From NCBI GenBank assembly GCA_000004695.1, contig CM000152.2, positions 3,264,001 to 3,328,000 on the forward strand: a stretch of DNA of 64,000 nucleotides, read 5' to 3'. Within the stretch, counting starts at the first letter, position 1; the number at the start of each line of letters is the position of its first letter. This document shows, piece by piece, positions 52,242 through 64,000 of this stretch. Position numbers and translations under genes: made by a program. The notes beneath the pieces were generated by a model, which was not told where the DNA came from, made no database searches, and worked only from the letters and a program-made list of their open reading frames with translations. Origin of the DNA: Dictyostelium discoideum (taxonomy: Eukaryota).

Positions 52242-52511
52242 TTTTGCTTTTTTTTTTTATTGGAAAAAAAAAAAAAAGAAAAAAAAAGAAAAAAAAAATT
52301 AAATTAGAAAAAAAATAATAAAAATTAAATTATAAAAAAAAAAAAAAAAAAAAAAATTAAAAAATAAAAAAAAAGATATTAAAAAAAAATAGATTTTAAA
52401 TTGTAAAAAAAAAAAAAAATTAAAAGTAGAAAAAAAATTAGTCATTCTTTTTTTTTTTTTTTATTTTTTTATTTTTTTATTTTTAATAATAATAATACCC
52501 ACTGTGGAGTT

Positions 52512-52605
52512 TCACCAATGCTCTAAAATTTTCAGCTGTCTTTGGTATAATATCGTTATATAATTCAAATACAACTCTACCTAATTCTTTTCACCTTGTT
52601 TTATA
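52512..52605 (-). pseudogene. Short duplicated fragment of about 90 bp of the cyclophilin gene's 5' coding region, lying about 220 bp beyond that gene's stop codon
   Basis: 52517-52585 'aatgctctaaaattttcagctgtctttggtataatatcgttatataattcaaatacaactctacctaat' versus 53221-53289 'aatgctctaaaattctctgctgtctttggtacgatatcgttatataattcaaatacaactctacctaat' (about 5 mismatches in 69). Partial similarity continues a few bases on either side. Confidence 0.7.
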
Positions 52606-52820
52606 TCAAAAAAAAAAAAAAAAAACCTTAACTCTACTATTTGCCATTTTTTTAATTTTAAACAAAAAAAAAAAAAATAAAACCAAAAAAAAAAAAAAAA
52701 AAAATTTAGTGGACCTGTTAAAAAAAAAGAGAGAAAAAGTTAAAGATTTAAAAGTAAAATAATCTTTTTCTTATTTTTATTTTTTATTTGTTATTATTAT
52801 TATTATTATTTAAAAAGTTT

Positions 52821-53345
52821 TTAAAGTTGACCACAATCTTCAATGACACATGCAGCTTTTGGACGATCACTTCTATCAGTTTCAGCATTTTCAACTTTTT
52901 TGACTATATCAAAGCCTTCAACTACTTCACCAAATACAGTATGACCACCATTTAAATGTGGAGTTTCAGCAGTGGTAATAAAGAATTGAGAACCATTTGT
53001 ATTTTTACCAGCATTTGCCATTGATAAACAACCGATTTTATGTTTAACGAGGAAATTTTCATCATTAAAAGTACGACCATAAATTGATTCACCACCAATA
53101 CCAGTACCATGAGTGAAATCACCACCTTGAACCATAAAGTTTTTAATGACTCTGTGAAATGATGAACCTTTGTAATGTAATGGTTTACCTGATTTACCAA
53201 TACCTTTTTCACCAGTACATAATGCTCTAAAATTCTCTGCTGTCTTTGGTACGATATCGTTATATAATTCAAATACAACTCTACCTAATGGTGTATTACC
53301 TTGTTTAATTTGAAAAAAAACTTTATTTCTAATAATTCCTGTCAT
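52821..53345 (-). CDS. Cyclophilin A-type peptidyl-prolyl cis-trans isomerase (174 aa, single exon)
   Basis: ..[81 protein letters not shown]...[36 protein letters not shown]. This aligns residue-for-residue with human PPIA. Confidence 0.9.
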   Translation of the reverse strand: MTGIIRNKVFFQIKQGNTPLGRVVFELYNDIVPKTAENFRALCTGEKGIGKSGKPLHYKGSSFHRVIKNFMVQGGDFTHGTGIGGESIYGRTFNDENFLVKHKIGCLSMANAGKNTNGSQFFITTAETPHLNGGHTVFGEVVEGFDIVKKVENAETDRSDRPKAACVIEDCGQL

Positions 53346-53500
53346 TTTTTTAGTTAATATTAAAAAACGAAAATGAAAATAAAAAAAAAAAATTTTTTTA
53401 AAAAAAAAAAAATAAAATTTAAAGATTTCGTTTTTACGCGAAAGAGAAAAAAAAAAAAAAAAAAGATTAATTTAAAGATTTGTAAAAAAAAAAAAAAAAA

Positions 53501-54841
53501 ATGATAAATAAAATTGTAAAAAATGTTATAGAAAATCAATTTAAAGGATATAATAAATTAAAAGATTTACCAATTTCATTATTTGTTTATTGGCCATATT
53601 GTAGTAAAATATGTCCATATTGTAATTTTAATAAATATAGAGATTCAGATAAGGTTGATCATGAAAGAATGTCAAAAAGTTTATCAAGAGAATTAGAATC
53701 ATTTGTAAAGAATATATATTTAAATAGTAATGAAAATAGTTTTATAAGAGAAAGACCAATAACATCGATTTATTTTGGCGGTGGTACGCCATCGTTAGCA
53801 AAGATTTCAACATTTGTAGAAACCATTGAAACAATGAAAAAACTATTCCCATCGTCATTGAGTATTGAAGATATTGAAATCACATTGGAGGTAAATCCAG
53901 ATCAAAAAGATTTAAAAAATTTATTAAAAGATTTTAAAAAATATGTTGGTGTTAATAGAGTTTCATTGGGTGTTCAATCATTGGTTGATAAAGATCTCCA
54001 TTTTTTAGGTAGAACTCATAATAGAATTCAAGCTGAAGAAAGTATAAAAATTGCAAGAGATTTATTTGACCATGTTACATTTGATTTGATTTATTCTAGA
54101 ACTATAGATCAAACTTTGGAACAATGGAGAAATGAATTGAGATATGCTTTGAATTTAGCAGATGGTAATGGTCATGTTTCATTATACACACTAACCTTTG
54201 AACAAGGTACATCATTCTATAGAAGATTGTCTTCAAAAGGTAATAAATTTAAAATCATTCCACCTGATGATCAAAAATCATCAGACCTTTATGATTTAAC
54301 GGTTTGTGAAGCTGAAGCTATGGGTTTCCAACAATATGAAATTAGTAGTTTTGCATCTTCACATAATCAAAAAGGTAAACATAATTTAAATTATTGGAGA
54401 TCTGGTGATTTCATTGGTATTGGTCCTGGTGCTTCTTCAAGATTGACAACTTTAAATAATAATAATAATAATAATAATCAAATTTCAAGATATTCTTTCA
54501 AAAATATATTACACCCAAAAGAGTGGATGGAAAAGTTAAATTCAAAAGAAATATTATGCAATGCATTCATTGAAGATGAATTTAATCCAACCATACCTTT
54601 AACAAATTTTGAAGTGGCTGAAGAAATGTTACTCAATGGTTTGCGTACTATTGAAGGTGTTCAGCTTTCAACTTTTACTTTTCAAACTAATGGTTTAACT
54701 TTTGATCAATTTTTAAATATGAAACAAGTTGAAATATTACAAGAACAAGGATTTTTAATATTAGAACCAACTTGTTTAAAATTAACTGGAAATGGTAGAA
54801 AATTATTAGATACTATAATTCCAAAGATTTTAAAATATTAA
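53501..54841 (+). CDS. Radical-SAM HemW/RSAD1-like protein (oxygen-independent coproporphyrinogen-III-oxidase-like, putative mitochondrial haem chaperone), 446 aa, single exon
   Basis: CxxxCxxC radical-SAM cluster motif in ..LFVYWPYCSKICPYCNFNKY.. Downstream ..YFGGGTPS.., ..VNRVSLGVQS.. and HemN_C-like ..L.NGLRTIEGV.. are as in HemW/RSAD1. Confidence 0.8.
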   Translation: MINKIVKNVIENQFKGYNKLKDLPISLFVYWPYCSKICPYCNFNKYRDSDKVDHERMSKSLSRELESFVKNIYLNSNENSFIRERPITSIYFGGGTPSLAKISTFVETIETMKKLFPSSLSIEDIEITLEVNPDQKDLKNLLKDFKKYVGVNRVSLGVQSLVDKDLHFLGRTHNRIQAEESIKIARDLFDHVTFDLIYSRTIDQTLEQWRNELRYALNLADGNGHVSLYTLTFEQGTSFYRRLSSKGNKFKIIPPDDQKSSDLYDLTVCEAEAMGFQQYEISSFASSHNQKGKHNLNYWRSGDFIGIGPGASSRLTTLNNNNNNNNQISRYSFKNILHPKEWMEKLNSKEILCNAFIEDEFNPTIPLTNFEVAEEMLLNGLRTIEGVQLSTFTFQTNGLTFDQFLNMKQVEILQEQGFLILEPTCLKLTGNGRKLLDTIIPKILKY

Positions 54842-55398
54842 TATAAAAAAAAAAAAAAAAAAAAAAATAATATTAATATTTGTGAATTTTTATAATCAAA
54901 ATTTCTGTGAATTTTTTGATCAAATCTGAGATTTCTTTTTAATTTAATTTTAATTTTTTTTTAATTTTTTTTTTTTTTAAATTTAATTTTTTTTTTTTTA
55001 ATTATTATTTTTTATTTTTTTTATTTTTTTTATTTTTTTTTTTTTTTGATTAAAAAAACTCAATCATAGCTTCAAATTAGACTACTCAATAAAATTAATT
55101 ATTATTTTTTTTTTATTTTTTTATTATTAATCTTTTTTAGATAAAATCCGTCCCAAATAAACTTTTTTTAATTTAATCTTTTTTTTTTTATTTTATTTTA
55201 TTTTTTTATTTTTTTTTTTAATTTTTATTTTTTTTTTTTTTTTTTACACGGAGCCAAAGAAAATTAAAATTATTTTTTATTTTTTTTATTTTATTTTTTT
55301 TAATTTAAAATCTTGTAAAGGAAGAAACAAAGAAAACACGCACACACACACACAATATAAATATACAAGTTGTATATATATTGTTTTATTATTAAAGA

Positions 55399-58888
<3,490 letters not shown>

Positions 58889-59156
58889 TTGATAAAAATA
58901 AAAAAATAAAAAAATAAAAAAAAATAAAAAATAAAATAAAAGAAAATAAAAAGAAAATAAAAAGAAAATAAAAAAAAAAAGTAGTAAATAAAACAATATA
59001 AAAACAATATAATGTGTTCAAAAGCAGTATTTTTTTATTTTATTAAAAAAAAAAAAAAAAATTATTAATATAGAGAGGTTGGTAGGTTTTTTTTTTTTTT
59101 TGTGGTTATATAAATAAATTATTTTTATTTTGGAAAGGTGTTATAATAATAATGTT

Positions 59157-59190
<34 letters not shown>

Positions 59191-59793
59191 CCCAAAAATA
59201 AAAAAATGATTGCTTAAAAAATAAGGAAAAATAATAAATGTTAATTAAATTGAAACAGTAAATCTGATCGTTTTTTTTTTTTTTTAAAACAAAAATATTA
59301 AATAAAAAAAAAAAAAAAATTTTATTACTTTACTTCTAATTAACTTTTAACTAATTTTTTATTGTAATAACCACTTTTTTTTTTTTAAAAAAAAAAAAAA
59401 CAACACTTGGATGAAAATACACTTGGATGAAAATACTAATTTTTCAATTTAATTTCCCAATATATTTAATGTTTGTTTAAATCTATAATAAAAAATTGAT
59501 GATTTAATTAACTCTTTTCTGTCCATTATTCTCTAATAGGAAATAAAAAAGATTTTTTTTTTTTTTTATAATATAAAAATAATTCAAATCTAATTATAAA
59601 TCTTAAATAGTACTATAATAATATATAGAAATTTTTTTTTTTTTTTTTTTTTTAAAAAAAATACCCCTTTGACTTCTTTTTAATTTTTATAAAAAATAAA
59701 AAAATTAAATTTATCTTTTTTATTTTTTTTATTTTTATTTAATTTAATTTTTTTATTTTTTTTTTTATTGCTTAATTTTGTTCACTTATTTGG

Positions 59794-59837
<44 letters not shown>

Positions 59838-59964
59838 TAAAGACAAAACAAAAAAAAAAAAAATCTTATTATTATTTCTCAATAATTTTAAAATATATAA
59901 AAATTAACAAATATTATAAAATAAAATAAATAAAATAAATAAAATAAAATAAAATAAAATAAAA

Positions 59965-60460
59965 ATGGTAGCAATAAATGAAGAATTTATTAAAAAAAAT
60001 ATATTGGATGAAAATGCTAATATATTTGGAGCATGTATAATTGGTGCACCAGAATGTATGGTACTTTCAAAATTAAATTTTGAAATTTCAAATGAAGAAG
60101 TTAAAAGATTAACAGAAGTTTTCACACTTTTCCGTGAAAATCCATTAGTAATTGGTGGTAAAATTTATACAAGAACAAAAACAACATCAAGTTATATTCT
60201 TGCAAAAAATGTAAATCTATTAAATTTTAATATTTAATATTTTTTTTTTAATTATTAATATTTTTTTTTTTTTTTTTTTTTTTTCTCTCTCTCTCCCTCT
60301 CTCTCACCTCTCATACTCACAAAAAAAGGATACAACTGGTATTGCATTATTTCAAAATAATATGGGTTTGATAGCGGTAGCAAAATTTTTAGATAACTCA
60401 ATAGAACCAGAAAGATTATTAAAAATTTTACAAAGTGCAATTTTAAAAGCTTTATTATAA
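59965..60460 (+). CDS. Divergent profilin-family protein (about 125 aa); 2 exons: 59965-60210, 60329-60460
   Basis: MVAINEEFIKKNILDENANIFGACIIGAPECMVLSKLNFEISNEEVKRLTEVFTLFRENPLVIGGKIYTRTKTTSSYILAKN|DTTGIALFQNNMGLIAVAKFLDNSIEPERLLKILQSAILKALL. The pattern aligns with profilin: ..GG.L.AAAIIG.DGSVWA.S..F... / ..LGG.KYMVI.GE......K.G.GGI.I.KT.QALV.GIY.E. The GTAAAT...(CT)n..aaaaaaag intron restores the frame. Confidence 0.55.
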
Positions 60461-60589
60461 TAATAAAATTTTTTACAAATAATATCAATTAAAAAAATAA
60501 ATAAAATTATATTAATTTTTTTTAAAATTTTAAATTTCTTTTTTTTTTTGGTGTGAAAATGGAATATTTATTTTTTTTATTTTTTTATT

Positions 60590-61516
60590 CTATAGTTTTT
60601 TACCAGTTAATTGTTCATACTCTGCTTTAAAAGTATCTAAATTATTTGATAATTCATTATCAATATCAGTCATTGCTTGATTATATTCTCTTCTCATTCT
60701 TTTATATCTTTCTAAAGCGACTTGAGCAATTGTATTCATTTCTTCAGTTCTATCAATTGATACATCATTTAAAATGAATTTCCATGCAGGATCTAAATTT
60801 TTAAAATCTGTGTGAAATGAAATACATGCTTTTAAAAATGTTGGAAAATTAATTGTATTATTTTCATTATTATTTTCATTATTATTTTGATTATTATTAG
60901 TATTTTTATTAATAAATTTTTGAATATAATTATCAGTATATTCAGATCCTTTCGAATTTTGAAGAAATGATTTCAATTCATTGAAATCCAATAAATGATT
61001 TAAATCTTTGTCTAATTCATCCCTATAAAAAATTTTATATTGTGATATAAATTCTTGAGAAAGGAATTTCCTTGAATTTAATTCCTCATCACTAAAAAAG
61101 ATATCATAATAATCAATTTTCTTTGAATCATAACCTTTTAATTGTTTAATTAAATTTTGATAATCCTCTAAAAAACTCTCTTCTCTATTTAATTTATTAA
61201 TGATTTCATTTTTAAAAATTCCTTTAATTTTCTCTTGTTGCTTATTTTTTAAATTGATTTTTAATTTTTATTATTATTATAATTGAAAAAAAAATAAAAA
61301 AAGAAATAAATTCAATTCAATTAAATTAAATTATAAAAATTTAATATAAAATTGAATTATTAATTGGATTATTATAAAAAGTGTATTGAAAAAAACAAAA
61401 AAAAATAAAATTAAAAAAAAAAGAGTGAGATTAGTTTGAGATTTAAAAAAAAAAAAAGAAAAAATGAATGAAATGGTGGGGGTGTGAAAAAAATAGTATT
61501 TAAAAACTTACTCCAT
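60590..61516 (-). CDS. Hypothetical protein of about 199 aa with a degenerate EF-hand-like loop; 2 exons: 61516-61512 (ATGGA) and 61184-60590
   Basis: The long minus-strand frame has no in-frame ATG (the ORF track's start is TTG). Upstream, 'ATGGA|gtaagt' provides an M-E start that joins in phase 2 to ..aaattaaatag|AGAAGAG.. giving MEEESFLEDYQNLIKQLKGYDSKKIDYYDIFFSDEELNSRKFLSQEFISQYKIFYRDELDKDLNHLLDFNELKSFLQ... The proposed intron is 327 nt. Confidence 0.45.
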
Positions 61517-62247
61517 GTGCGATTTTATTTAAAAATAGAATCAAAAAAATTGAATATAGAATAATTTTTTTTTTCATGATATTTGTTTTTAATATTAACT
61601 AAAACCAAACAAACCCCCCTTTGCAAAAATAAAAAATAATTATTTTTAAAAAAAAATAAAAAAAAATTAAAAAAAATTAAAAAAAAAAATAATTATAAAA
61701 ATAAAAAAATAACATTGTTTTTAATATTTAATTATTTTATTATAATTTTTAATTTATTTTTAATTTTTTTTGTGTTTATTATGATTTTTTTTTTTTTTTT
61801 TAAACATTTAAATTTATTATCCTAAAATCATTTTTTTAATTAAAAACAATCGATTAAAATACATTATTAATAAATCAACGAAATCTTGGATATTTTTTTT
61901 TTTTTTTATTTTTTAATTCGTGTATTATATTTTATTTAATTAAATAAATTCAAAATATATGTGTTTCTTTTTTTTTTTTTTTTTTTTTTTTTTAGTTTTA
62001 AGATTAATTTTTTGTTGTTACTATTAATATTTTACAAAGAATTGAGGTTTGTTTGTGCATCACCTGACGATTAAAAATTAATACTTGAAATACAAAAGAT
62101 CTAATTACATTCACAATTATTATATTAAAAAAATAAAAAATAAAAAAATAAAAAAAAAAAATTAAAAAATTTGAAAAATGAAAATCATAAATTTCAGATT
62201 TGAGATGTGGTGTTATAATTAGATTTTTTTAATTTTGATTATAAAAA

Positions 62248-62299
<52 letters not shown>

Positions 62300-62558
62300 T
62301 ATTTTTTTTTTTTTTCATTAAATATTATTTTTTTTTTTTTTTTAATTTAATTTTTCAAACCTATTCCAAAAAATAATTTTTGGATAATTAACTTTAAGTG
62401 AAATAAATCTCTTTAATTTTAATAAAAATAAAAATAAATATTAATAAAAAATAATAACAAACAATAATTTAAATAATAATTTTTAAATTTATTATTTTAA
62501 ATTTAATAATTTAATTTAAAAAAAAAAATTAAAAAAATTAAAAAAAAAAAAAAAAAAA

Positions 62559-64000
62559 ATGCCAAGTGATGAAGATTTTTTTAATAATTTACCAATAAAT
62601 TTACAAAAACAAATTTTAAGTAATTTATTTTTAAATAATTTTCAAATTTATAATAAAACAATATCAAAATCAACATTTACAAATGACTGTTATATTGAAA
62701 ATAATTTACAATTAGAATTTAAAAATAATGAATGTTTTAATAATAGTATTTATATAATTTCATTATCATTAGTTTGCAAATTATGGGCAATTTCATTAAT
62801 ACCAGGTGCATTTGATACAAATGGATACCAATTTGTAATTAATAATAGAAAAGATTATTTATACTTTTTAAAATGGAGTCAACATGGAATAATTGAAAGA
62901 ACAAAAAAATGGTATGGTAAATTAAAATTAAATTTTAGTAGTAAAAAAAAGAAACCAAAATATCCACCAATTAAATTCGATTGGAATAATGTTATAATTA
63001 ATTATATTAATCCACCTGAATTAACAATTCCAAAAGATATTCAAAATATTTCAATGATAAATAGTCAATTATTAATTAATCAATCATCATCAACCTCATC
63101 ACCATCAACATCATTTTTGTCATCAATTTATTCTGACACAAATTCAGATTCAAGTTCTGATTTTGATATTGGTAATTCAACAACTACTGTAATAACAAGT
63201 TCAATTACATGTCAATCATTATCAAATTCAGCAGTGATTGGTAATGGAAGTGGTACCGCAACAACTATTCATCATAGTATTAGTAATGGTAATTTATCAG
63301 CATGTTCAAACTCAACTTTATCAACACCAACATCATCACCAAAATTAACAAATCATAATAAACATCGTAATCCAAGTAATGGTAATATAATAAACCATTT
63401 ACAACAACAACAAAATTTACAAACATTAAAAATAAAAATGAATTCTAATAATGCTAAAGAAACCGATACATTTATTGATTTAGTTAATAAGAATGCAAAT
63501 TTAAAACATTTAGAAATTGATAGATCTGAAATTTCATATTTTAGTAATATCGGTGGTGGTAGTTCAAGTATTGCTTTATATGATACACTTTCAAATCTTT
63601 TGCATTTACAAGTTTTAAAAATTCAAATGACACTTAATGGTGGTACACCAATTCATCATTTAGGTCTATTAACTAATATAAAGAAATTATATGTTGAATT
63701 TATACCATCACCAACAAGTGAAGGACGTTGTGATTGGAATAATTTAGAATATTTATTAAAAAATGCACCTGAAATTGAAACACTTTCAATTAAAGATTGC
63801 AATCGTATTCCATTTTCAAACATATTCACTGTCTTAACCAATAATAGAAGTTTAACAGAATTAGATATTCAAGAATGTATTTCACCATTATCAATAATTA
63901 ATAATAGTAGTGGTAATTTATTAAATTTATTAACAACAAATAATAATAATACAAATAATACAAATAATACAAATAATACAACCAATAATTGTAATAATAG
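62559..64000 (+). CDS. F-box / leucine-rich-repeat protein, 5' part only (open frame continues past the end of the window)
   Basis: ATG at 62559: MPSDEDFFNNLPINLQKQILSNLFLNNFQIYNK.. (F-box-like LP..L...IL..L). Later ..LKHLEIDRSEISYF..LQVLKIQMTLNG..LGLLTNIKKLYVEFIPS..LEYLLKNAPEIETLSIKDC.. (LRRs). No stop codon before position 64000. Confidence 0.6.
   Translation, partial: MPSDEDFFNNLPINLQKQILSNLFLNNFQIYNKTISKSTFTNDCYIENNLQLEFKNNECFNNSIYIISLSLVCKLWAISLIPGAFDTNGYQFVINNRKDYLYFLKWSQHGIIERTKKWYGKLKLNFSSKKKKPKYPPIKFDWNNVIINYINPPELTIPKDIQNISMINSQLLINQSSSTSSPSTSFLSSIYSDTNSDSSSDFDIGNSTTTVITSSITCQSLSNSAVIGNGSGTATTIHHSISNGNLSACSNSTLSTPTSSPKLTNHNKHRNPSNGNIINHLQQQQNLQTLKIKMNSNNAKETDTFIDLVNKNANLKHLEIDRSEISYFSNIGGGSSSIALYDTLSNLLHLQVLKIQMTLNGGTPIHHLGLLTNIKKLYVEFIPSPTSEGRCDWNNLEYLLKNAPEIETLSIKDCNRIPFSNIFTVLTNNRSLTELDIQECISPLSIINNSSGNLLNLLTTNNNNTNNTNNTNNTTNNCNN

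Overview
This window is a eukaryotic nuclear segment, not prokaryotic. It is about 75-80% A+T overall, with very long homopolymer A/T runs, (AAT)n and (CAA)n microsatellites that are translated as poly-N, poly-Q and poly-T inside genes, and short (about 90-330 bp) very AT-rich GTAAGT/GTATGT...AG introns. That signature is typical of Dictyostelium discoideum-like social amoeba chromosomes. I found no operons, CRISPR arrays, rRNA genes or convincing tRNA genes. From the ORF track plus manual splice-site reading I can support about 22 protein-coding genes. In window order they are: a Rab8/Sec4-like GTPase; a frame-disrupted TIG/EGF tgr-like membrane glycoprotein gene; a coiled-coil KEKLE-repeat protein; several small secreted or hydrophilic proteins, including a tandem paralog pair and a Dicty_CTDC cysteine-repeat protein; a RhoGDI lacking the N-terminal arm; an SGT TPR co-chaperone; a UBE2G-like E2; a G-alpha subunit; 2-oxoglutarate dehydrogenase E1; a Speedy/RINGO-box protein; a HAT/TPR PRP6-like protein with a huge polyQ/polyN N-terminus that is interrupted by a 100-N assembly gap; DDX56; cyclophilin A; a radical-SAM HemW/RSAD1-like protein; an OXR1-like LysM+TLDc protein; a divergent profilin; an EF-hand-like protein; and an F-box/LRR protein that runs off the window end. 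The most unusual structure is a GC-richer island of about 2 kb at 37.4-39.5 kb. It is bounded by roughly 185-bp inverted repeats, one arm of which is the real 3' end of the HAT-repeat gene, and it contains a small ORF with an in-frame TAG. Other points worth a second look are the pseudogenised tgr-like gene, a run of three hydrophilin-like genes, a duplicated cyclophilin 5' fragment, several genes whose start codon sits in a 3-15 nt micro-exon, and a Rab whose CC prenylation motif is encoded by an 8-nt terminal micro-exon. All coordinates come from reading the printed sequence by hand. Individual exon boundaries may be off by a few nucleotides.
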